From assembly GCA_964016885.1 (NCBI GenBank), contig OZ024742.1, positions 270,072,001 to 270,136,000 of the forward strand: a stretch of 64,000 bases of DNA, given 5' to 3'. This document shows, one piece after another, positions 1 through 10,552 of this stretch. Origin of the DNA: Eledone cirrhosa (lineage: Eukaryota). Each line of letters begins with the position of its first letter. The first letter of the stretch is position 1. The translations under genes were made by a program, and so were the position numbers. The notes beneath the pieces are model-generated. The model was not told where the DNA came from, searched no databases, and was given only the letters and a program-made list of their open reading frames with translations.

Positions 1-730
1 TCAAATATCAAAGATGGATGTCAAATTGTATATTAAACATAAGTAATAATTCTAAAAGCTACTGACCAGAACACAGACACAAAGAAACACAGCACGAACA
101 AAAATTACATGTTTAAAACAATTGTGATATAATAATTTTTATTGAAAATGGAATAGAAGCATCAGCCCTCACCTTCAAGAAGTGAGGCCACATAACATCT
201 GCGAATATAACTCAAATGTTTAATCTTATGTTAAAAACTTTATATTCAAATAGAAAATATTTACAAGTGGGAGAGAACCCCTCTGCGTCCACTAACTACA
301 ACAGCAATATCACCGCCGCCGCCACTACAAATCCCATAATAATAATAATAAGTATTGTTGTATCTCATAAGTTCTCTCAAAATGTTTAGTTCAAATATGA
401 AGGAGGGATGTCAACTTGTATAGTAAATATAAGTAACAAGTTGTAAAGCTATTGAACAGAACACAGACAAAAACAAACGCAACATCAAAAGAAAAACAAC
501 ATTCAAAATAGTTGAAAGCAACATCCACTACCTCCCTCATTGTTATAGCTACGAGCTCAACGCTAGCAAATATACAAAGCAGCAGCGACAGCAACAACAA
601 CAAAACATGTGACCAATGATACTGGCCTCGGAAAAAAAAAGGAAATAAAAATCAAACAAAAAAGTCAGACATTCAAAAATTACAACGACACCTACAGCTA
701 CATCGCTGCCACTACCACTACTACCACTGA
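1..730 (+). repeat. Diverged copy of the leader sequence found in front of the Dong-like LINEs (internal ~390-bp duplication)
   Basis: 1-95 is repeated imperfectly at 391-485. Segments such as AAAATGTTTAGTTCAAATATGAAGG..ATGTCAAC (~380-416) and AAGTCAGACATTC (~662) match 59815-59852 and the AAGTCAGACATTCG in the leaders at 55640 and 60623. Confidence 0.5.
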
Positions 731-779
731 ATAATGAAAATGAAAATGATTTATTGATGTTGATAGTGGTGATGCTGAT

Positions 780-1582
780 GATAACGGTTGTTTCTCCTTT
801 TGGTACAGTACCAGCTATTACCCTAGTGAATTGCTGGTGCTTTGTCTTGTCGACCGCGTAGACGTGAGAAGCGGAGTTGACTTCGGCCCGAATTGGGCTC
901 AGATCATAAATAGCAAACCCTGATGATAATAATAATTGATTCTACTTTTGGCACAGGGCCAGCAATTGCTGGGGCTCTATTTTATTGACCCCAGAAGATA
1001 ATAATAACTGTTCCTACTTTGGGCACAAGGCCACCAATTACCCAGTGCAATACTGGTCCTTTATATTATCTACCCCGTAAGGATGAATGGCTAAATTAAC
1101 CTCGGCGGGATTTGTACCGAGACCGTAATGGGACGTAACTCTATGCTGCATAGCATGGTATCAGATCCTCTACCGATACAGCCAATCCAATGATAATTGT
1201 TTTTACTTTTGTTTCTAGTTATAAGCAGGGCTCACATTAAGAAAACTTTAAAGTACTTTATTTTATCGACCCCGTAAAGATGAAAGGCAAAGTCAACCTC
1301 GGCGGGATTTGAACTCAGATCGTAAAGGGACGTAACTATGCTGGAAAGCATGGCGTCCGACCCTCTACCGATACTGCCAATCCACCGCCCTGATAATTGT
1401 CTCTACTTTAGGCACAAGGCCAGCAATTACCCAGTGCATTACTGGTACTTTATTTTATCGACCCCGTAAGGATGAAAGGCAAAGTCAACCTCGGCGGGAT
1501 TTGAACTCAGATCGTAAAGGGACGTAACTATACTGGAAAGCATGGCGTCCGACCCTCTACTGATACTGCCAATCCACCGCCC
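780..1582 (-). mobile_element. Head-to-tail cluster of about 5 tRNA-derived SINE copies (best copy 1391-1582)
   Basis: Minus strand reads GGGCGGTGGATTGGCAGTATC(A/G)GTAGAG (A-box-like) ... CTGAGTTCAAATCCCGCCG (B-box) ... GGGGTCGATAAAATAAAGTACCAG plus a TTA-rich tail. Copies at ~1391-1582, 1191-1390, 1000-1188, 921-997 (truncated) and 780-920. The same family recurs at 16432, 23700 and 47461. Confidence 0.9.
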
Positions 1583-3954
1583 TAATACAGCCAAAATATA
1601 ATGAGGTCATATTTGATTTACTGAGTCATATGAGACACTTACTTTGACGCCCTAATTTTAATGACTGAGGTAATTCCTTCCTTTTAAATTATAAATTTTC
1701 ATTTACTTTATTATAAATGTATAGAGTCAGATTAGTGTAAAATGTAAATTATAGATAGATATCTTTTTTATTTAACATCCTTGTTTATTTAACCTCCTAT
1801 ACATCCTTGTGTTCAAGTGTTTCCATGTATATATTAGGTGTTCTTTCTATATATGTAAGTGTATACATATGTAAATGTATTTTGTATTAAACAGGTAGTT
1901 GTTTTAATATATTCTGCCTATTTTAGGCAGAATTCAGTATTTTCTTCTAGATTAATGTATGTATAGAGGGAGATACACTAGTATTATTGCATATATTTAT
2001 AGAAATTGTCATATCTGATATCGGCATTCTAGTATTATTGAACTTATTGGAATTATATGTTAAGAATCTTACTAACTTATCTAACCAACATGATTGCGAA
2101 TCCATTTCTGTAACTACAAACGTTCACAAGCCTATGTATATTTAACATATATTAATCTCGCTATGAAGATTTTAAACTGTGATTATATCACAGTTGTTTC
2201 ACCCGGAAATAATATATGTGCGTTGCAGGTGTACCAATAAATGTATGCATATAAAATAGAATATGCTGAACACGTAACACCTCTATTTTTTTTTCATACC
2301 CGTATATAGTTGACTTTATCTATTCACACATTTAGATATCTATATATACGGAAATTGTAGATAAGATAGATAATTTCAGATTAAGTGTTACGCACTCAAA
2401 AAACATTAATCTCATCTATGCATAGTATTTTCATATCTGATTCATCACTATGGGAAATGAATTAACTTTAACGTATACATCTTTATATTTCCGTTTTTGT
2501 AGATTAAATTTCATATTTGCTTATATTTGTATGTGTGTAAATTATTTAGTGTATGTACAAATAAATTTTAAATTAAGCAAATACAGCAATTTATGGAATT
2601 TCGTTTAGTGAGTATTTGTATAAACACACACCCGCACACACGCATACGCACGCACATACACACACACACACATAAATACATTGAACACTCTCCCATACGT
2701 GCAAAACCATATATATTTGTATTTTCGTTTATATAGAATATGAAATTGCATGAAATATTTTGTTTTCATTTGTTTCACCTCTCCTTACCGCGATTTCTAC
2801 TTTCCATTTTTTGAGGTGAGGCTTCGCTACATCAAATTGCATTTAACACATCGGTAAATTATTTACTTATAATTTTAATACTGGAAGTCAAATGATTATC
2901 TGCGAAATTTGTGTCACTGAACCAAAGTGATAATCGATTTTCTGTGGTATGTTAGACATGCATGTATCCATATATTCATAGTTACATGCATATATATATA
3001 TATATATAAGTGTATGTGTGAGAGTGTGTGTGTGTGTGGAAAGAGAGAGTTAGCGAGAAAGAGAGGCAGGCCGTGTTATAAACACATAGGGTAAGCGATC
3101 GATCGATAGATAGAAATTTGCAATAGGGTATATGGTTGAAATCACTGACGAGTGACGTAGCTAATCTTTAGCTGTATACAAATATATACGGGCAAACTTA
3201 CCTATCTAACTATATAGATTCATATTTATTTACATACAGGTAGACAAACTGAGAAAGAGACAGATATGCATGACTTTCAACGTGTAATTGCATATGAATC
3301 CGTGCGCTCTCAAGATGATCAAGTTATACACCAAACTGAAAACACAAAGACCACTCTCCGAAGAAAGAAACAGCACTCAACTTAGACTGAATCGTCAACA
3401 TTGGCCGAACACATTTGGGGCGTCTGTATATGCTTCCTTAATGTCGGTTTTATTACTTGCGCTGAGTGGGGTGGATGTCAAAAGAGTAAAATAAAATGAG
3501 GGCAAAATATAACATGAGATTTTATAGTAAAAAGAGAGCTATTCTCTAAATAACTGGTGACAGCAGACCAAATATTTTCTGAAACTGTCAAACTTTTCCA
3601 ATATGAAAAACGATGACCAATCGATAATAGGCTAAGTAATCTAACTTAATAAATTAGTTACCTTGTAATTCTTTTGCCGTTTATCTTATCTAATAGACGT
3701 GTGTGTGTGTATGTGTGTGTGAAACCTTGATTACAAGTGTGTATTGAATGGAAACATGCCACGTTTATTCCATCGCCTAGATTCAGTAAGTAGAATACAT
3801 TATATTGCTGCTTTTAGATAAGCTAGACTCGGAATAGAGCATGTTTCTATAATGATGATGGTGATGATGATCATTAAGATAATGTAATTATGTGTTTGTT
3901 TGACATTGGATATATATGTTGCATCCTCCCAACATTGTGTGCACACATTTGCAT

Positions 3955-3955
<1 letters not shown>

Positions 3956-4023
<68 letters not shown>

Positions 4024-4045
4024 ACACACACACACACACACACAA
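3956..4045. repeat. (CA)n microsatellite
   Basis: Direct inspection. Confidence 0.98.
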
Positions 4046-4123
4046 ACATAGACACACGCACACACAAACAAACACACACAAATATATATGTGTGTGAGAG
4101 TGTGTGTGTGTGTGTATGTGTGT

Positions 4124-5747
4124 GTATCCCGCATTAAATAAGGGGTAGCCACTATAAATAAGGTACTCAATACATAGCAGAGTATGAAGCAGTTCTATTC
4201 AGGTAGAAGCCTTTTCTATATTAAATATATATATATACATATATACTTGGGGAGGGTCATATATGCGTAATATTGCCAGAATTAATAACAGAACACACTC
4301 ACTGTTTGGTTGGTTTTCGCTTTTCGCTTCTGTGTCTTTTATATCGGTAATCTAATTTATTCGGTCCTCAATGTTGCCATTGACTGACCAAGGGTAAAAA
4401 ATAATACAGATACAATATAGACACAAACACATATATATAGTTTATCAAAGTTCTTTCGTTGCACATCTGCAACATCGTCAGTGGTGCTATTGTTTCCTCC
4501 CGTTACATTGTATTTTCTACGCCATCTTTATTTAGTCTGTTTATATATTTATTTATTTGTTTATTTTATTTTGTCGTCTTTGCGCGTGCGTTTGCGTTTG
4601 TGTATAGTGTTTTGTTTGATGTGTGTTCGTGATTGGGTGACTGTGTATTGGTTAATGTATTCTATCTTTACTAGTGTGTGTTTATATGTGTTTGTTGTTA
4701 TTGTGCTTGTGTATGTATTTATTTATTTATTTATCTATTTATTTATTTATTTATACTTCTCTTAGGTCAGTGTTGTTTGTTTGGGTGTTGTTGTTATTCG
4801 ATTCATTCTTCTCTGTTTAGCCTTGGCCTCCTAAGTTCTATTTCACTGGCCTCTCTGATTTGCCTATCTGCTGGGTCATTTCAATGTTTAGATATTATTC
4901 TAATTTCTATGTTGTCCATGTTACCGTCGTGTTGTTGTCTGGCATGTTCGTATCGTACTGAACCGTTTTTTCGTCCTTTTAGTTCCCCTCAGTGTTGGTC
5001 TATCCTTTCACCTATGCTACGAGCTGTCTGGCCTATGTATGTTGTTGTCATGTTTCTGCAAGTACCCTCTGTATATCTTATACTATAGACTACGCTTCTA
5101 GTTTTACAATTTATCCGGGGGTTTACCTTACATATGATACATTTCGTATTAGCACAGTGGGTTTTCTTAAAAGGGTAGGTTTTGCTGATCAGAGATTTTA
5201 TGGTGGTCCTGGCTTTTCTACCACCTTAATCTTTAAGTGGGTCTTTCTCAGGGCCTTTCTACACTGGTTAGCTAATTTCCCTCCAGGGGTAGCGTCCACA
5301 AACATGACACTCTGGTATCTCTGGTTGTCGTACCATGAGGTGGCTTTCCCTATCTTATGTCCAGCCCTATCTAAGCTATTCCATGATTTGCTCCTGCATA
5401 ATGGGCAAATTCCTTTCATGTCCAGTTCTATGAGGGTCTTATACTTCTGCATGGCTCCTTCGTATACTATGACTGTCTCTTTGGTTGTAGCCAGAGAACT
5501 GCATGCGGTTTATGAAGTGTTGGATGTGTCTTTCCCTTTCTGTTGGGTCGCACATGCGGGACACATCAAACCCTCCCCAAGTATAACAATATTTGTTTCG
5601 ACACACGATTTCATATAAAAAACATCGCAAAACTATATATATATAATAAATATAGAAAAGGCTTCTACCTGAATAGAACTGCTTCATACTCTGGTATGTA
5701 TTGAGTACCTTACTTATAGTGGCTATCCCTTATTGAACGCGGGATAC
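4124..5747 (-). mobile_element. 5'-truncated Penelope-like element (C-terminal GIY-YIG) with inverted terminal duplication
   Basis: Minus-strand frames give SVMFVDATPGGKLANQCRKAL...IKVVEKPG (5198-5452) and CKTRSVVYSIRY...TYIGQTARSIGERIDQH (~4990-5110; GIY-YIG motifs). An HHR motif lies downstream at 4443-4486. 4124-4222 is duplicated in inverted orientation at 5649-5747. Microsatellites flank both ends. Confidence 0.85.
4443..4486 (-). ncRNA. Minimal type I hammerhead ribozyme motif in the PLE 3' pseudo-LTR (partly degenerate)
   Basis: Minus strand: CACCA CUGACGA U GUUGCA-GAUG-UGCAAC GAAA GAAC UU UGAUA. 6-bp helix II; helix I has a mismatch. Confidence 0.7.
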
Positions 5748-5771
5748 GTACACATACACACACACACACAT

Positions 5772-5781
<10 letters not shown>

Positions 5782-5867
<86 letters not shown>

Positions 5868-5880
5868 ATAAATATATATA
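5782..5880. repeat. (TA)n microsatellite (further long tracts at ~6123, 6555, 7474, 7702, 10625, 14539, 15811, 17021, 19868, 22288, 23446, 34862)
   Basis: Direct inspection. Confidence 0.98.
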
Positions 5881-5934
5881 TTACTACCTTCATTAAATAT
5901 TAACCATTTAACATCTCCGGGTATGTCATGTATC

Positions 5935-5997
5935 ATTATATTTTGTCTGATGAGGACGTACTATTGTACATCCGAAATATGTATAATAAAATGTAAT
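5935..5997 (+). ncRNA. Type I hammerhead ribozyme within a ~240-bp insert between (TA)n tracts
   Basis: AUUAUAUUUUGU CUGAUGA GGAcGUAC-UAUU-GUACaUCC GAAA UAUGUA UA^ AUAAAAUGUAAU. 12-bp helix I including G-U pairs, canonical core, short quasi-palindromic helix III. Confidence 0.85.
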
Positions 5998-6118
5998 TCA
6001 TCAAAAGAACATCTATTTTATTAATACTTATATCTTAATATCAATAACTCCGGAAAATTATCCTCCGTCGAGTGCTTCCAATCATTCTTTGACATAATCA
6101 TTGAATATTGTTTAACAC

Positions 6119-6217
<99 letters not shown>

Positions 6218-6550
6218 TATATATTACATATAAAACTACAGAGGTGCATCAAAATGAGCAGGAATCGCACGACGGAACAAATAAAACAACTAAAGAACAA
6301 CAGTAAGAAAGAAAGCTGGACAGTCCCAGTACAAGGTTCCATTCAAACGAAATGCCACACTCTCGTGGCAAATGCTTTGACAAGGAGTTCATAGACACAC
6401 GCAAACTCAAAATGCTTTTAAAATTCATTGAATTCCAATCCATATCTGTATACACCCATGCTGGCTGCGAAATCCTAGTTCTATTCCACACACAAGCATA
6501 CATACACACACACAAACATACGCACAGACACACACACACATACTTATAAG

Positions 6551-6626
<76 letters not shown>

Positions 6627-6727
6627 TAAAAGGAATTCCAACTTTGTCTGATTTACTCGTTTTATTTACAATCCTTTAAAATTTATAATGGTATTAGAAT
6701 GAAATAGTATGGTAGTTAAGTGTTAAT

Positions 6728-6766
6728 TGAACAAGTACTTTCATGCTTTCGCAATCTTCAGGTTCA
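6728..6766 (-). ncRNA. Minimal type I hammerhead ribozyme motif within a ~430-bp insert between (TA)n tracts
   Basis: Minus strand: UGAAC CUGAAGA UUGC-GAAA-GCAU GAAA GUAC UU^ GUUCA. Perfect 5-bp helix I; palindromic helix III AGUACU. Confidence 0.75.
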
Positions 6767-7074
6767 TATTGTGTGGCGACAGTCAAGGAAGCTAGATTTA
6801 ACACCCTTCTAGCGGGTCCGGGTAAGTTTTTTACATTCATTTAAATTATTGATTTATTGATATTTTATTTGAGTGAGCCGAATCTTCCTGGTCGTTCTTT
6901 TTCGGCTGTACGGGTGATTTTAGGCATAATCTATGTGTTGGTAATTTAACGATGGTTATAGCTCTGATTTATTCAAATCATTGAGCCCTCTGCCACTCAT
7001 ATCGGATATTGTTTATCGTTAATTCGTGTGCTGATTTTCCGATACTCGATTATTCTATTATATATATATATATA

Positions 7075-7437
7075 TATTGGTAAACGGAATAGAAAATGCT
7101 GACAAATTGTTCACAGTTGAAAAATGGTTTAATTAGGAATAAAAGAGTATTAGTGATTGTATGGGTTAGTATTCAGTTGTGGTTTTAAGTTTTTTAGTTT
7201 CTACCGGTTGCGCATTTCTAAATGCTTTTCAAAAATAATTTTGAGATAGAGTGTCCGTGCTGTTTGCTCTTATCAGAGCAAACAGCACGGACACTCTATC
7301 TCAAAATTAGAAACTAAAAAACTTAAAACCACACCTGAATACTAACCCATACAATCACTAATACTCTTTTATTCCTAATTAAACCATTTTTCAACTGTGA
7401 ACAACTTGTCAGCATTTTCTATTCCGTTTACCAATAT
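7075..7437. repeat. Fold-back (near-perfect palindrome) with a degenerate HHR in the left arm only
   Basis: 7075-7201 plus 7236-7269 are the reverse complement of 7276-7437. The unpaired 34 nt (7202-7235) read on the minus strand UUU UUGAAAA GCAUU-UAGA-AAUGC GCAA CCGG UA. Confidence 0.9.
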
Positions 7438-7469
7438 ATAATAACTTATGTGTTACACCTCTATTCTTT

Positions 7470-7534
<65 letters not shown>

Positions 7535-7536
<2 letters not shown>

Positions 7537-7700
7537 GTAATAATAAAATTTGAAGACTAAAATCCAAAGATTATATATCAAATATATAAGAGCCGTAGAG
7601 CAAATATTTATTAAAATAACAGATTAAAGTTTAAGCAAAGAGTCGCTGCTTTCACCCTAAACGGGATCTTCTGAAGATACCGTTAAGGGTGAAAACAACG

Positions 7701-7701
<1 letters not shown>
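7535..7701 (-). mobile_element. Short repeat with a folded-back HHR-like motif; related to 14470-14540 and 23504-23690
   Basis: Shared string GAAAGCAGCGA..CTTTGCTTAAACTTTAATCT. TTTCACCCTAAACGGGATCTTC/GAAGATACCGTTAAGGGTGAAA forms a hairpin that turns at CTGAAGA. Confidence 0.7.
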
Positions 7702-7739
<38 letters not shown>

Positions 7740-7761
7740 GTGTATATATATATATATATGG

Positions 7762-7800
<39 letters not shown>

Positions 7801-8028
7801 GAAACACACAGATACATGCGGACACACACATATACATGAATGCATCCGCACCCAACTGTGAGTTAAGGGTGCCAACTTCACCGATGTTGCTCGATGAATG
7901 ACTGGGACAGACCAATCCGTTTGAACTAGACTGAACCAGTATCAGAGTTAAAAATACATTATGAAGAGAGAAGAAAGATTTAGATATAATTAGTAATAAA
8001 ATGTATCATACCTAAACTGCTCCTAGAT

Positions 8029-8118
8029 TCCTCGACTACGTAGTTTCGTGGCATAAACAAAAACAATACATCATAAAGCTATAGAGTCCTTGCGAGGTCT
8101 GACGACTTATCAAGAGGA
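8029..8118 (-). ncRNA. Hammerhead ribozyme, U3-A8 variant (593-bp unit copy 1)
   Basis: UCCUC UUGAUAA GU...AC GAAA CUACGUAG UC^ GAGGA; one helix II mismatch (GUCA against UGCC). Confidence 0.75.
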
Positions 8119-8621
8119 TTCCTCATTTTACTAGTCTCAAGAACGCGTCTACACGACGTGAGAAAGAATCCCAAAAGGCGGAGGGGGAGATAGTCACGGG
8201 ATATAACGGTCGAGAAACAGAGCTAAGCCTCTTATAACCCCGAAGAAAATACCACGGAGGCGGAGGGGGTATTTATATCGAAGCCGTAGAAGAGGTGGTG
8301 AAGGAGGCGAGAAGTATGAGTAATGGAAGCTTTCCAGCAGTCCCCACACTTCAAAGATTGCTCGACCAGAGGGAGTTATTAACAATATATTTAGAAACAC
8401 ACAGATACATGCGGACACACACATATACATCAATGCATCCGCACCCAACCGTGAGTTAAGGGTGCCAACTTCACCGATGTTGCTCAATGAATGACTGGGA
8501 CAGACCAATCCGGTTGAACTAGACTGAACCAGTATCAGAGTTAAAAATACATTATGAAGAGAGAAGAAACATTTAGATATAATTAGTAATAAAATGTATC
8601 ATACCTAAACTGCTCCTAGAT

Positions 8622-8711
8622 TCCTCGACTACGTAGTTTCGTGGCATAAACAAAAACAATACATCATAAAGCTATAGAGTCCTTGCGAGGTCTGACGACT
8701 TATCAAGAGGA
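8622..8711 (-). ncRNA. Hammerhead ribozyme, U3-A8 variant (copy 2)
   Basis: Identical to copy 1. Confidence 0.75.
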
Positions 8712-9214
8712 TTCCTCATTTTACTAGTCTCAAGAACGCGTCTACACGACGTGAGAAAGAATCCCAAAAGGCGGAGGGGGAGATAGTCACGGGATATAAC
8801 GGTCGAGAAACAGAGCTAAGCCTCTTATAACCCCGAAGAAAATACCACGGAGGCGGAGGGGGTATTTATATCGAAGCCGTAGAAGAGGTGGTGAAGGAGG
8901 CGAGAAGTATGAGTAATGGAAGCTTTCCAGCAGTCCCCACACTTCAAAGATTGCTCGACCAGAGGGAGTTATTAACAATATATTTAGAAACACACAGATA
9001 CATGCGGACACACACATATACATCAATGCATCCGCACCCAACCGTGAGTTAAGGGTGCCAACTTCACCGATGTTGCTCAATGAATGACTGGGACAGACCA
9101 ATCCGGTTGAACTAGACTGAACCAGTATCAGAGTTAAAAATACATTATGAAGAGAGAAGAAACATTTAGATATAATTAGTAATAAAATGTATCATACCTA
9201 AACTGCTCCTAGAT

Positions 9215-9304
9215 TCCTCGACTACGTAGTTTCGTGGCATAAACAAAAACAATACATCATAAAGATATAGAGTCCTTGCGAGGTCTGCCGACTTATCAAG
9301 AGGA
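9215..9304 (-). ncRNA. Hammerhead ribozyme, U3-A8 variant (copy 3)
   Basis: UCCUC UUGAUAA GUcGGCA...UGCCAC GAAA CUACGUAG UC^ GAGGA. Confidence 0.8.
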
Positions 9305-9869
9305 TACCTCAATTTACTAGTCTCAAGAACGCGTCTACACGACGTGAGAAAGAATCCCAAAAGGCGCAGGGGGAGATAGTCACGCGATATAACGGTCGAG
9401 AAACAGAGCTAAGCCTCTTATAACACCGAAGAAAATACCACGGAGGCGGAGGGGGTATTTATATCGAAGCCGTAGAAGGGGTGGTGAAGGAGGCGAGAAG
9501 TATGAGTAATGGAAGCTTTCCAGCAGTCCCCACACTTCAAAGATTGCTCGACCAGAGGGAGTTATGTGTGTGTCCGCATGTATCTGTGTGTTTCTAAATA
9601 TATTGTTAATAACTCCCTCTGGTCGAGCAATCTTTGAAGTGTGGTGACTGCTGGAAAGCTGCCATTACTCATACTTCTCGCCCCCTTCACCACCTCTTCT
9701 ACGGCTTCGATATAAATACCCCCTCCGCCTCCGTGGTATTTTATTCGGGGTTATAAGAGGCTTAGCTCTGTTTCTCGACCGTTATATCGCGTGACTATCT
9801 CCCCCTCCGCCTTTTGGGATCCTTTCTCACGTCGTGTAGACGCGTTCTTGGGACTAGTAAAATGAGGTA

Positions 9870-9959
9870 TCCCCTTGATAAGTCGGCAGACCTCGCAAGG
9901 ACCCTATATATTTATGATGTATTGTTTTTGTTTATGCCACGAAACTACGTAGTCGAGGA
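9870..9959 (+). ncRNA. Hammerhead ribozyme, U3-A8 variant (copy 4, inverted arm)
   Basis: Same motif; helix I 5' strand is UCCCC (one mismatch). Confidence 0.75.
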
Positions 9960-10462
9960 ATCTAGGAGCAGTTTAGGTATGATACATTTTATTACTAATT
10001 ATATCTAAATGTTTCTTCTCTCTTCATAATGTATTTTTAGCTCTGATACTGGTTCAGTCTAGTTCAACCGGATTGGTCTGTCCCAGTCATTCATTGAGTA
10101 ACATCGGTGAAGTTGGCACCCTTAACTCACGGTTGGGTGCGGATGCATTCATGTATATGTGTGTGTCCGCATGTATCTGTGTGTTTCTAAATATATTGTT
10201 AATAACTCCCTCTGGTCGAGCAATCTTTGAAGTGTGGGGACTGCTGGAATGCTTCCATTACTCATACTTCTCGCCTCCTTCACCACCCCTTCTACGGCTT
10301 CAATATAATTACCCCCTCCGCCTCCGTGGTATTTTCTTCGGGGTTATAAGAGGCTTAGCTCTGTTTCTCGACCGTTATATCGCGTGACTATCTCCCCCTC
10401 CGCCTTTTGGGATTCTTTCTCACGTCGTGTAGACGCGTTCTTGAGACTAGTAAAATGAGGTA

Positions 10463-10552
10463 TCCTCTTGATAAGTCGGCAGACCTCGCAAGGACTCTAT
10501 ATCTTTATGATGTATTGTTTTTGTTTATGCCACGAAACTACGTAGTCGAGGA
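10463..10552 (+). ncRNA. Hammerhead ribozyme, U3-A8 variant (copy 5, inverted arm)
   Basis: UCCUC (10463-67), UUGAUAA (10468-74), GUcGGCA..UGCCAC, GAAA (10534-37), CUACGUAG, UC^ (10547), GAGGA. Confidence 0.82.

Noticed and set aside
1391-1582. tRNA gene
   Set aside because: The A/B boxes belong to a multi-copy SINE; no cloverleaf
3288-3494. Short ORF as a host exon (also 11010-11234)
   Set aside because: No recognisable motif or convincing splice context
4985-4995. In-frame TGA after the GIY-YIG His as selenocysteine
   Set aside because: Not a Cys position, and the element is otherwise decayed
6374-6423. Possible HHR (UUGACAA G GAGUU..AACUC AAAA)
   Set aside because: GAAA is mutated and helices I and III are unconvincing; at most a relic
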